Virus record (IMG/VR): IMGVR_UViG_3300024308_000304
Length of the DNA stretch: 23,363 bases
From: an uncultured virus (IMG/VR IMGVR_UViG_3300024308_000304)
Taxonomy: Duplodnaviria; Heunggongvirae; Uroviricota; Caudoviricetes
Direction: 5' to 3' (one strand)
Shown here: piece by piece, positions 8,551 through 16,641 of the stretch
Numbering within the stretch: the stretch's first letter is position 1
Layout of the letters: each line of letters starts with the position of its first letter
Translations under genes and position numbers: made by a program
The notes under the pieces: generated by a model
Told to the model about the DNA's origin: nothing
The model's database searches: none
Seen by the model: the letters and a program-made list of their open reading frames with translations, nothing else

Positions 8551-10578
8551 TTATATTTTTAATTTACTTTTATTTTCTTTCTTTAAATCAAATAAATCAT
8601 TAAATGAAATTTCTTTTTTATTAAGATAGCTATTTCTTCTAAATGCGACTTGTATATTAGTTACAATTGCATCTTTTGCTTTAAATTCATAAACACATAA
8701 TTTCATATTATTCTTTTTAAAGTTTTCAATTTCTTTCAAAGAGAACCAATTTTCAATTTGAGTTTTATTAGTGAATCCAAAGATATATTTTTCTTTATAA
8801 TTCCTTCTCATCAATCCTTTACCTTCTGTGTCAATAAATAGAGTTGATATTTCTCTATCGGCAGTAGGTTCTTTTCTTTGAGAGTAATTAAAAATTTGAT
8901 ATACATCTTCATCCATTAAAGTTTTTCCATCGATATCACTCTTGTAAGGTCCACGACCATCTTCCATCTCAAAACGATAAGCTTTAATGACATCATTATT
9001 CTTTGGAATGATAAACTCATTGTCAGTTAAATAATCATATAATGCATGATAACTAAATTCTTTAAGGTAATCATCACTCCCATATTTATGTGATATTTGC
9101 ATATTTAGTTTAACAGCATGATAAAGGTCTTCTTCTTTATCAGAATCTAAAACACCAAATTGCTCTTCAACAAAACTTTTAACTTTTTCAAATAAATCAT
9201 TTATTTCATAGTCATCTTGATATGCTGGTGGAACAGAAAATGCCAAATTGGTATGATGAAAACCATATTGTAAGAAGTAGTCTAATGAATTATTACCTTC
9301 ATCTTTCAAATAACAGTGCTGAATAAAATCTTTTCTTGTCTCAAAAAACTGTTGTTTATCCTTGATGATATCCTTATAAGTTATCATTAATTCTTCTTTA
9401 AAGGCTTTGACTAATAACGCAGGTTTATCAGAATCAAATAGTTCTTCTTGCTGAATCATAGGGTTCTTTAAAATAACTTTTTTGTAAAAAGAATTAAATA
9501 TTTTATCAGAATATTCATAAAGTTTATTCTGAGCAACAAAACCATAAAGATCATAAAACATATCTTTTTCAACTTTAGTGTAATATATTCTTTTATCTTT
9601 ATTGTCTTTACGTAATGAATCCATTAAATTATATTTTTGAACACAATCATGAAGTAAAAAGAAGTCTTTTTGTAAATTCCCATTTTCTATAATACTATTG
9701 ATTACTGCTAAATAGTTATTTTTATTACGAATAGAAGCTTTTAAAGAAATGTCACGAACTTCACTTGCAAGATCATGCATGATTACAGAGCCACCAGAAT
9801 ACTTGTTATCATGTTTCACATAAATCCATGAAACATCATTATGTCCTATATCTGTATTTGCCGTCATATAAGAAGGACTAATATATTTAAAGCTAAGCTC
9901 ATTTGCTATAAACGACGTTTTTTTATAAAACTCTTTTTCTTTACCATTAAATTCTGGATAAGGGTTTATTATCGTATCTTTGATTTTATCATAATGATCT
10001 GAAAAATTAACATCATGCATAATTTCTATTTGTTGTTCTTGACCTAACTTTTCATGAAGTAAACTTTTAAGTGATTTAGAAGCTACATTATATTGATATG
10101 ATTTGGCATAATCAGATAAGAAAAAATCAGCTTTTAGTTGATTGTCAGAATCAGTTAAAAAAGAGTCTACAATATGACAGGAATCAAAATATTTTCTACG
10201 TCTAGTAAATTTACTTTCATTTGGGTCATAAATTAGTTCACCCACTTTTTCTGCTAACAGATTAAGTGGTTCAAAAAGCTCCAGACCATACTTTTCTTCA
10301 AGCTCTTGAACGCCATCACTATCAATATAAAGGTTATCTAAAATATTATCATCAGGATTGTATTTCATTACATAATGATCAACATCTTTTAATTTAGCCA
10401 GAGAATAATTACCTTCAGTATACTCTTTAAAAAAACCACTGTTCAAAAAATCAACTGTAATTCTTTGTGCTGAGTTATAATCTTCTGTAGTAAGTATACC
10501 TGTCTGTTTGTATTTAAATGAAAGTAAATCTAAAAATAAAAAATCATGCTGACTTTTAAACATATTAAGTATGGACAT
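8551..10578 (-). CDS. Large hypothetical protein; possible degenerate GNAT-like middle domain, C-terminal YRxE-GxGPY domain, Lys-rich tail
   Basis: 675 aa ORF; C-terminal YRFEMEDGRGPY...FGFTNKTQIENWF...YEF...QVAF; ends KKENKSKLKI. Domain calls are inference. Confidence 0.8.
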   Translation of the reverse strand: MSILNMFKSQHDFLFLDLLSFKYKQTGILTTEDYNSAQRITVDFLNSGFFKEYTEGNYSLAKLKDVDHYVMKYNPDDNILDNLYIDSDGVQELEEKYGLELFEPLNLLAEKVGELIYDPNESKFTRRRKYFDSCHIVDSFLTDSDNQLKADFFLSDYAKSYQYNVASKSLKSLLHEKLGQEQQIEIMHDVNFSDHYDKIKDTIINPYPEFNGKEKEFYKKTSFIANELSFKYISPSYMTANTDIGHNDVSWIYVKHDNKYSGGSVIMHDLASEVRDISLKASIRNKNNYLAVINSIIENGNLQKDFFLLHDCVQKYNLMDSLRKDNKDKRIYYTKVEKDMFYDLYGFVAQNKLYEYSDKIFNSFYKKVILKNPMIQQEELFDSDKPALLVKAFKEELMITYKDIIKDKQQFFETRKDFIQHCYLKDEGNNSLDYFLQYGFHHTNLAFSVPPAYQDDYEINDLFEKVKSFVEEQFGVLDSDKEEDLYHAVKLNMQISHKYGSDDYLKEFSYHALYDYLTDNEFIIPKNNDVIKAYRFEMEDGRGPYKSDIDGKTLMDEDVYQIFNYSQRKEPTADREISTLFIDTEGKGLMRRNYKEKYIFGFTNKTQIENWFSLKEIENFKKNNMKLCVYEFKAKDAIVTNIQVAFRRNSYLNKKEISFNDLFDLKKENKSKLKI

Positions 10579-10632
10579 GGTAGATATAATGTTAATATAC
10601 TTATTATATCATTTTCTTATACTATTTGAAGA

Positions 10633-11202
10633 TCAGTTTTTTATCAATTGTATAATTTGATTTTCATTGAAATTGCTACGCTTAAAATTGGAATTACTCG
10701 CAACAAGTACCTGAATAAATGTATTATTTAACTGTTCTTTTATAAAATCTAAACGAACAGATGAAACATTGTCATCTAAATCTATAATTATGTTTGTTTT
10801 CATAGGGTTTTTACTGTCCCAAGTTTCAAGTTTTTTAATAACCTTATCAACGGACAAATAAGTATCATTGCCATCAAAAGCCATGTTGCTGATATAATAA
10901 TTAATACAAACAGGATAGCGATGGAAGATTTCCTTGAACTCTCTATGCTCATATTTAACAGGTATACGTGTATTAATTTGTGGATTTAATCTAACTCTCA
11001 TCTTTCTACTTAGTTGTTCGATTTGCATAAAATAATTAAACCAATCAATATTATTCTTAGAAGATAGTGGATCAACATTGCCTGAAATAACTACTGTATA
11101 GAATGAATCTTGTCCAATCAATATAAATTCTTCAAGCTTTAATAAAAAGTCTGAAATATTATCATAATCATCATAATTTATTTCAATAATAGATCTATTC
11201 AT
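10633..11202 (-). CDS. Hypothetical protein
   Basis: 189 aa ORF, AAGGAG RBS, candidate promoter TTGATA-16-TACACT at 11223-11250. Confidence 0.8.
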   Translation of the reverse strand: MNRSIIEINYDDYDNISDFLLKLEEFILIGQDSFYTVVISGNVDPLSSKNNIDWFNYFMQIEQLSRKMRVRLNPQINTRIPVKYEHREFKEIFHRYPVCINYYISNMAFDGNDTYLSVDKVIKKLETWDSKNPMKTNIIIDLDDNVSSVRLDFIKEQLNNTFIQVLVASNSNFKRSNFNENQIIQLIKN

Positions 11203-11253
11203 AAAAAATTCTCCTTTTTAATAGTGTAATAGATATTCTTTTAATATCAACAA

Positions 11254-11275
11254 AAAAAGACCAGGTGGTCTTTTT
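11254..11275 (-). terminator. Intrinsic terminator
   Basis: AAAAAGACC-AGGT-GGTCTTTTT hairpin downstream of 11296..11547. Confidence 0.8.
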
Positions 11276-11295
11276 CTTTATATCTAATTGTTAAA

Positions 11296-11547
11296 TTATG
11301 GCTTCATAGATTTATAAGATATTTGTGATGCATCTATATCCAATTTTTTCATATTTTCTGTTGCATTAGTAAACTCAGAAACAGCATTCTTATCAATTCT
11401 TACACTGTTAATAATTTCTCCTTGTAGAGCATTCATTGCTTTTAGACTTCTTTCTTGATATTGTGCAAAGACTGATAAATCAACATCAGACAAACTATCA
11501 GTCACTTCAATAGTAGGAAGTGTATTATTACCATACTGTGCTTTCAT
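11296..11547 (-). CDS. Small hypothetical protein with KSMKP tail
   Basis: 83 aa ORF with AGGT RBS, TGC-TATAAT upstream (-10 at 11580-11585) and its own terminator. Confidence 0.75.
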   Translation of the reverse strand: MKAQYGNNTLPTIEVTDSLSDVDLSVFAQYQERSLKAMNALQGEIINSVRIDKNAVSEFTNATENMKKLDIDASQISYKSMKP

Positions 11548-11674
11548 GTTATAAAACCTATTATTATTCTTTAATACTTATTATAGCATAATTAAAAAAT
11601 AAACAAAATTACTCTAATAATCTTTATAAAAATCGAGACTGTAGTATAATATATAAAAACATATACAAAAAAAC

Positions 11675-12871
11675 ATGTCACCATTAGTAAAATTTGAAGA
11701 AGATATTATTCGAGCTTATCAATTAGTTAATGGAAACTTTAATTCCATTAACGATAGTTTGTTCTACCAGTTAAATAAAGAATTAACACCTTTCCTTAAA
11801 GATTTACTTAACTCTTATTATTTTGAAGACGATTTTAAAGCTGAAATTAAAATTAAAAATGATGACTATGTTATAAATTATCATGAAATAGAAAACTGTA
11901 AACCATTTTTAGACCTTGATTACCTTAAATATGATGACAAACCAAATGTTGATTACCATATTGAAGTAGATGAAGAAAAATTAATAGAAGCTTTGAAGAA
12001 AATAGATCCAATCTACGAATTAATTTATGAAGATTCACCTGTTAAACAAAAATTAAACTTAGTGAATAAAAAAGAATTAGAATTTAAAACTATTTATGTA
12101 AATCATGAGAATATAAGAGAAGTATTTGCTGAACTACACAGTATCGGTTTATATGAAAAGAATTGGAATAAACATCAATCATATCAAGTGATAAGGAATT
12201 TGCAAGAAAATTTATCCGAATTAAACAAATTAGATTTCATCAATTTGGAATTTAATGTTAATAGAACATTCATAATAGCTCACAATAAACATCAGATAGC
12301 TGGAGTTTCATGTATCGCTAATTATAGTATGTTTGATACAATGGATGACAAAAAATATTTTGCAAGAAAAAATATGGCCTATTCAAGTTATGTAGCTGTT
12401 GCATCTCAATTTAGAGGCAATGGATTAGCAGTCGAACTAATGAAAAAAACTTTTGATTATGCAAAAGAAAATAATAAAATAATGATTCGTTCAAAATCAA
12501 CCTTTGATGGCAAATCATTTTTAGAAGAAAATGTTGATAAATTAATGTTGAAGATAAAAGATACAGCTATTGTAAATTCAAGAGACGAACATTGGTTGAA
12601 TGGATTTTCAAATTTAATAAGGTCAATAAAATCAGATGAAGAATATAATCTTTTCTATGAAAAATTAAAACCTGTTTTATTGAACATATCTACATTATCA
12701 ATAGAAAATGAAAAACAATGTGAAATGTTAGGAAGTGATTATGAACAAAGATCAAAAATAACAGAAGATTGTAGCAAAGTTATAGAGAGTATAATAAAAA
12801 ACTTCCATGAAGAATTTGAAATGGATAAATTGTCTATGAAATCAGTCAAAAATAAAATAAAAGTTAAATAG
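11675..12871 (+). CDS. GNAT-family N-acetyltransferase with long N-terminal extension and Lys-rich tail
   Basis: Acetyl-CoA motif A YVAVASQFRGNGLAVELMKKTFDYAK, preceded by FIIAHNKHQIAGV strands; 398 aa; ends KSVKNKIKVK. Confidence 0.8.
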   Translation: MSPLVKFEEDIIRAYQLVNGNFNSINDSLFYQLNKELTPFLKDLLNSYYFEDDFKAEIKIKNDDYVINYHEIENCKPFLDLDYLKYDDKPNVDYHIEVDEEKLIEALKKIDPIYELIYEDSPVKQKLNLVNKKELEFKTIYVNHENIREVFAELHSIGLYEKNWNKHQSYQVIRNLQENLSELNKLDFINLEFNVNRTFIIAHNKHQIAGVSCIANYSMFDTMDDKKYFARKNMAYSSYVAVASQFRGNGLAVELMKKTFDYAKENNKIMIRSKSTFDGKSFLEENVDKLMLKIKDTAIVNSRDEHWLNGFSNLIRSIKSDEEYNLFYEKLKPVLLNISTLSIENEKQCEMLGSDYEQRSKITEDCSKVIESIIKNFHEEFEMDKLSMKSVKNKIKVK

Positions 12872-13169
12872 ATTTAAAGTGGTTTATAATGTTTTTTGCT
12901 GATAAATAATGTTGGTGCATGATTTGAATTTTAGCTTTATCTTTTTCATGAACAATATCATCAAACTTATTGTTGAGATAATTTTTTAACAAAATAATGT
13001 AGTTATCATTAATAAATATAATATCATCTAAAGCTTTCGCACCTTTATTTTGAAGAATGAATTGTGATTTGATCTCTTTTAAATCATGAGCAGTAGTATT
13101 TAATCTAATCAACAGTTCATGAACTTTATTCATATATTCAAAATTATTATTTGTCATCATCGTCATCAT
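12864..13169 (-). CDS. Hypothetical helical protein
   Basis: About 101 aa; GAGG before a cluster of ATGs (exact start uncertain); stop overlaps the GNAT gene end by 8 nt. Confidence 0.65.
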   Translation of the reverse strand: MMTMMTNNNFEYMNKVHELLIRLNTTAHDLKEIKSQFILQNKGAKALDDIIFINDNYIILLKNYLNNKFDDIVHEKDKAKIQIMHQHYLSAKNIINHFKSI

Positions 13170-13311
13170 ATTCCTCTACATCATCATATGGATTTTTTTT
13201 ACTTACAATATCAAAGCTAACACCATTTACTCGTTCGTCAAATCTGTTCCAATCTTCATTGCTACAGCCTTGCAAAAATAATAGTACAAAAAAACAAAGA
13301 TATTTAAACAT
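13147..13311 (-). CDS. Small lipoprotein (54 aa), not in ORF track
   Basis: Manual translation MFKYLCFFVLLFLQG|CSNEDWNRFDERVNGVSFDIVSKKNPYDDVEEYDDDDDK*; lipobox LQGC after a hydrophobic core; fills an otherwise empty gap. Confidence 0.75.
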   Translation of the reverse strand: MFKYLCFFVLLFLQGCSNEDWNRFDERVNGVSFDIVSKKNPYDDVEEYDDDDDK

Positions 13312-13361
13312 GAGAATGATAGATAGTTAATGTATATATTGTATTATATTTCAAAAAAAAC

Positions 13362-13862
13362 TCAAATTTTATACATAGAGATCATTTCATATAAACTATC
13401 ATCCATTTCATCAATACTAAAAGATTTACCATACATATCTTTTAATAATGGCAGAATAAAATGAAACTTCATAAACTTATCAACATGATTAACTATATCT
13501 TCTAATTTATCACTTTTACAAGAGAAAAAAGAATATGGAACCTCACATGTTTCAGTTTTAATCCAACCAAGTTCTAAATATCCCTTCAGTCTGGAATATC
13601 TAAAGGTGAAATTTTTTACTGAATGAGTGTTTAATTTAATAGAAACCTTCATAGATTCATAAGCTCGACTACCAGTAGGACAACTATCTACTATAGATAT
13701 ACTTGCTGCAATATCATTAAATCTATTGGTGGTTTTCATAGAAAAACTATCAAATGTGAAGGTATCTGAAATATCTTTACCTTGATAAAGATATAAATAT
13801 TTCAAAATAACCTTAACTATTCTATAATAATCTTGATAAGGATCTTTATTACATATATCCAT
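13362..13862 (-). CDS. Hypothetical protein, shared C-terminal module family
   Basis: Start moved to ATG 13862 (GGAG RBS), 166 aa; ends KDMYGKSFSIDEMDDSLYEMISMYKI. Confidence 0.8.
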   Translation of the reverse strand: MDICNKDPYQDYYRIVKVILKYLYLYQGKDISDTFTFDSFSMKTTNRFNDIAASISIVDSCPTGSRAYESMKVSIKLNTHSVKNFTFRYSRLKGYLELGWIKTETCEVPYSFFSCKSDKLEDIVNHVDKFMKFHFILPLLKDMYGKSFSIDEMDDSLYEMISMYKI

Positions 13863-13884
13863 GATAGACTCCAATTGATAGACT

Positions 13885-13913
13885 ATTATACCATAATATT
13901 AAAAATTATTCAA
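13885..13913 (-). promoter_or_regulatory. Promoter TTGAAT-17-TATAAT (extended -10)
   Basis: -35 at 13908-13913 overlapping the last codons of 13906..14697; TGG-TATAAT with -10 at 13885-13890. Confidence 0.75.
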
Positions 13914-14697
13914 ACTTAAACATTTGCATAACTTCAAATGTTTCATCATTCACATCTTCAAAATTAAACGAACCATATAGGTCCAGCATAGGCTTATAAT
14001 AGTAACTTGATTTAAAAATAATATCTTTCAAAAATTCATGAATATCCTCTTCTGTCTCAAGATATACACATGCACCCTTTGTTCTTTTATCATTTACTCT
14101 TACATAATAATTATAATCTTTATCATTAGGGATAACATATAATTTAAGAACATGTTTGCTACGAGTAGGTAAACGAATTGAAAATCCCAATTTCAATTCT
14201 TTTTTATTGGTTACAAATAATTGAATTCCATTATCCAAAGACATAGAATAAGTATTATTTTTCTTCCAATTGAAATCATTTTGTACTCTATAATAATTAG
14301 AAGATAAATAATCCATAAGATCATTAAATGTTATAAAATGTGGTACACTATCTAAATTAAGCTTCAATTTAGCCATGTTAATGAAATAAGTATTAATAAT
14401 TCTAAATAAAAATTTCAAATCTGGTAATATAAAAGGTCTTTTTCTAAAGTATTCAAATTTTTCTCTGTAGATATTAAAACAATCTTTTTCTGAGTCAAAA
14501 GACTTTATCAATGTTCCATGCTTATCATAAATATCAAAATGTTCAATATCAGAAAAATTACCCAAATAACCAAGAGTAGAATTATATCGCTGGTCGTTGC
14601 TTTTTAAATATTTTAATTTATTAGCCTGAATATTCCAGTCATGAAACCCTTCAATATCTTTAATTTTAAATGATTTTAAACTATCACCCTTTAACAT
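13906..14697 (-). CDS. Hypothetical protein, shared C-terminal module family
   Basis: 263 aa, GAGGA RBS; ends LDLYGSFNFEDVNDETFEVMQMFKFE. Confidence 0.8.
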   Translation of the reverse strand: MLKGDSLKSFKIKDIEGFHDWNIQANKLKYLKSNDQRYNSTLGYLGNFSDIEHFDIYDKHGTLIKSFDSEKDCFNIYREKFEYFRKRPFILPDLKFLFRIINTYFINMAKLKLNLDSVPHFITFNDLMDYLSSNYYRVQNDFNWKKNNTYSMSLDNGIQLFVTNKKELKLGFSIRLPTRSKHVLKLYVIPNDKDYNYYVRVNDKRTKGACVYLETEEDIHEFLKDIIFKSSYYYKPMLDLYGSFNFEDVNDETFEVMQMFKFE

Positions 14698-14754
14698 AAA
14701 TTATCCTCAATTTAACATAAGGATATCAATAAAAATAAAAATCTCAATAGTGTA

Positions 14755-14783
14755 TTGTCTGTTTATTTCTAATATGCTAATAT
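14755..14783 (+). promoter_or_regulatory. Promoter TTGTCT-17-TAATAT (extended -10)
   Basis: -35 at 14755-14760, TGC-TAATAT with -10 at 14778-14783. Confidence 0.6.
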
Positions 14784-14806
14784 AAAAGAAAATAATGAGG
14801 CTCATT

Positions 14807-15184
14807 ATGGATTTTTTTGACAAAGAACTATTTGAAAAAGATCTACGCTCAATAGCTTTATGGCTAAATGTTGAGAGTATAGAGCATATAGACATAACAT
14901 TGTCTAAAATGAGCCTATCCAATTTTGCAAATCAAATTACAGAAATGGAAAAATCCTACCCAGAATTCCCCAAAGAAAAAGAAAGAACTCAACGTATCTA
15001 TAATAAATTGAAAAAAGGCGAAGCTCCACTTCCAATCTTTATACAGAATGGTGATGAAAACAATTTCATTATGGAAGGTCGTCATAGAATTGTTGCGTTC
15101 AAATGGCTTGGTCTTGAAGAAGTCATTGTTGCTAAAGTTCAAGAAAAAACATTAGAACTAAAAGTTAAATTAAAACCTTTTTAA
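14807..15184 (+). CDS. Stand-alone ParB/Sulfiredoxin-like domain protein with Lys-rich tail
   Basis: PLPIFI...IMEGRHRIVAFKWLG matches the ParB/Srx GxHR motif; no HTH. Start moved to ATG 14807 (GAGG RBS), 125 aa; ends LKVKLKPF. Confidence 0.75.
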   Translation: MDFFDKELFEKDLRSIALWLNVESIEHIDITLSKMSLSNFANQITEMEKSYPEFPKEKERTQRIYNKLKKGEAPLPIFIQNGDENNFIMEGRHRIVAFKWLGLEEVIVAKVQEKTLELKVKLKPF

Positions 15185-15213
15185 TTGAATTAATTTGAAT
15201 TAAATGTTATAAT
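15185..15213 (+). promoter_or_regulatory. Promoter TTGAAT-17-TATAAT (extended -10)
   Basis: -35 at 15185-15190, TGT-TATAAT with -10 at 15208-15213; TTGAATTAA is directly repeated at 15185 and 15195. Confidence 0.75.
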
Positions 15214-15236
15214 CACTAAAATTTATGAGGCTGATT

Positions 15237-15917
15237 ATGGAAGAATGTTTTAATATCCCCTTGGACATGAATAATGAAAATGCTATTCTTTTTATTGTCA
15301 CAATGTGTAGATATATTGGGCTTAGAGTCAAAGATGCAGATATTGAATTAATGCCAAAAAATGACGATTTTTTATATTACAAAATTAATGGTATAAATAG
15401 TGGAAATGTACACATTAGTCATATTGAAAAACATAAATCATTAGTATGGAATATAAACATTTATGATGCAAATGGTCAAAATGACTTTTTCAAACGTATT
15501 ACTTGCTCTTATTATGCTACTGTTATTAGTGATGTAAGAGAGATCCATGAATCATGGGTTTTGAGTCCTAAGAAAAATGGAACTAGGAAACAAATTATTT
15601 TCTCAAAAATTAATGATAAAGTTGTGAAAGCAGAAGCCAAAACATTATCATATTACACCACTAACGCAAATAAAAATGTTGGTGCCATTATTGTTACACC
15701 CAGTGAAGATGAAGATATTGACCTTATTAAAACAAGCCCTGAAAAGCTTACTAATCTTAAATATATCTCAAATTTATTAAAGTTAAGCTATTATTCTTAT
15801 ACTGCTACTAATGTATATAAAGAAATTTTTGGAAGCATAGAAGTTTTGAATACATTAAATAAATATGAAAAAGAAATAGATAACTACTTATTAATATTTG
15901 AAAGCTACGAAATATAA
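15237..15917 (+). CDS. Hypothetical protein, shared C-terminal module family
   Basis: Start moved to ATG 15237 (GAGG RBS), 226 aa; ends KEIFGSIEVLNTLNKYEKEIDNYLLIFESYEI. Confidence 0.8.
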   Translation: MEECFNIPLDMNNENAILFIVTMCRYIGLRVKDADIELMPKNDDFLYYKINGINSGNVHISHIEKHKSLVWNINIYDANGQNDFFKRITCSYYATVISDVREIHESWVLSPKKNGTRKQIIFSKINDKVVKAEAKTLSYYTTNANKNVGAIIVTPSEDEDIDLIKTSPEKLTNLKYISNLLKLSYYSYTATNVYKEIFGSIEVLNTLNKYEKEIDNYLLIFESYEI

Positions 15918-15930
15918 GGAACCATAAATT

Positions 15931-16563
15931 ATGGCTATTATTCTTAAAAAATTAAACCATATTAAAATGGCTCAAGATAAATTAATGAAATTAATATCTA
16001 TTGCTCAAGAAAAAATTGAAACATCAGAAAATGGTGAAATTAGTGTTCACAATCAAAATAATTCAAATTATTTGTTAAGACAGAATTCTAAAGATTATGC
16101 AACAATAACTGTCATAAAATCGGGTAATAAAATAATAGGATACATGATTAAACATGATAGTTATGGAACATCAAAAATAGCATGCCCTCATCAGTATACA
16201 ATTAATGTTGATCATAACTTTAAAATAACGTCTGAAAGCTGGCATACACTGATATTTGGACCTTTTACTGAGTTTTCTTTTTCATTAAGTATTAATTACA
16301 GATTATCAAAGAATGAACTTCACTTTTCAGTAGATCAATACAATGATGAAAAAATAGATAAAATAAAAAATAACTATTTTTCAACTGATAGATTAGACTT
16401 ATTATTGTTAAAGGATTTTCAAAAAAAGATATTTTTAAGTTATGTCTCATTTAAAAATCCAAAGTTGGTTGAAGAGGTTTTTAACACTGATGATTTTGAA
16501 AAAGCATTAAAACATGAATTATTTGATGAAAACATAGATGTATTAAGAATGTATCAATTTTAA
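15931..16563 (+). CDS. Hypothetical protein, shared C-terminal module family
   Basis: 210 aa, AAGGA RBS; ends EEVFNTDDFEKALKHELFDENIDVLRMYQF. Confidence 0.8.
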   Translation: MAIILKKLNHIKMAQDKLMKLISIAQEKIETSENGEISVHNQNNSNYLLRQNSKDYATITVIKSGNKIIGYMIKHDSYGTSKIACPHQYTINVDHNFKITSESWHTLIFGPFTEFSFSLSINYRLSKNELHFSVDQYNDEKIDKIKNNYFSTDRLDLLLLKDFQKKIFLSYVSFKNPKLVEEVFNTDDFEKALKHELFDENIDVLRMYQF

Positions 16564-16641
16564 AAATTAAAATTTGCATTCTATTTTTAGTATTTATTAC
16601 TATTCATGGTATAATAATAAAAAATATACTGAAAGAAAGAT

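Noticed and set aside
10633..11202. VISGNVDPL resembling the radical-SAM GGEP motif
   Set aside because: No CxxxCxxC motif; similarity too short to support a call.
13150..13170. YDDDDDK end resembling a FLAG tag or enterokinase site
   Set aside because: Not DYKDDDDK, no vector sequence nearby, and it overlaps the native start region of the next gene; treated as coincidence.
12864..13311. Overlapping lipoprotein plus neighbour as Rz/Rz1 spanins
   Set aside because: The neighbour has no N-terminal transmembrane segment, the gene order is reversed, and no endolysin or holin is adjacent.
14707..15142. Two short - strand ORFs (14707..14922, 14915..15142)
   Set aside because: Antisense to the ParB/Srx-like gene and overlapping divergent promoters.
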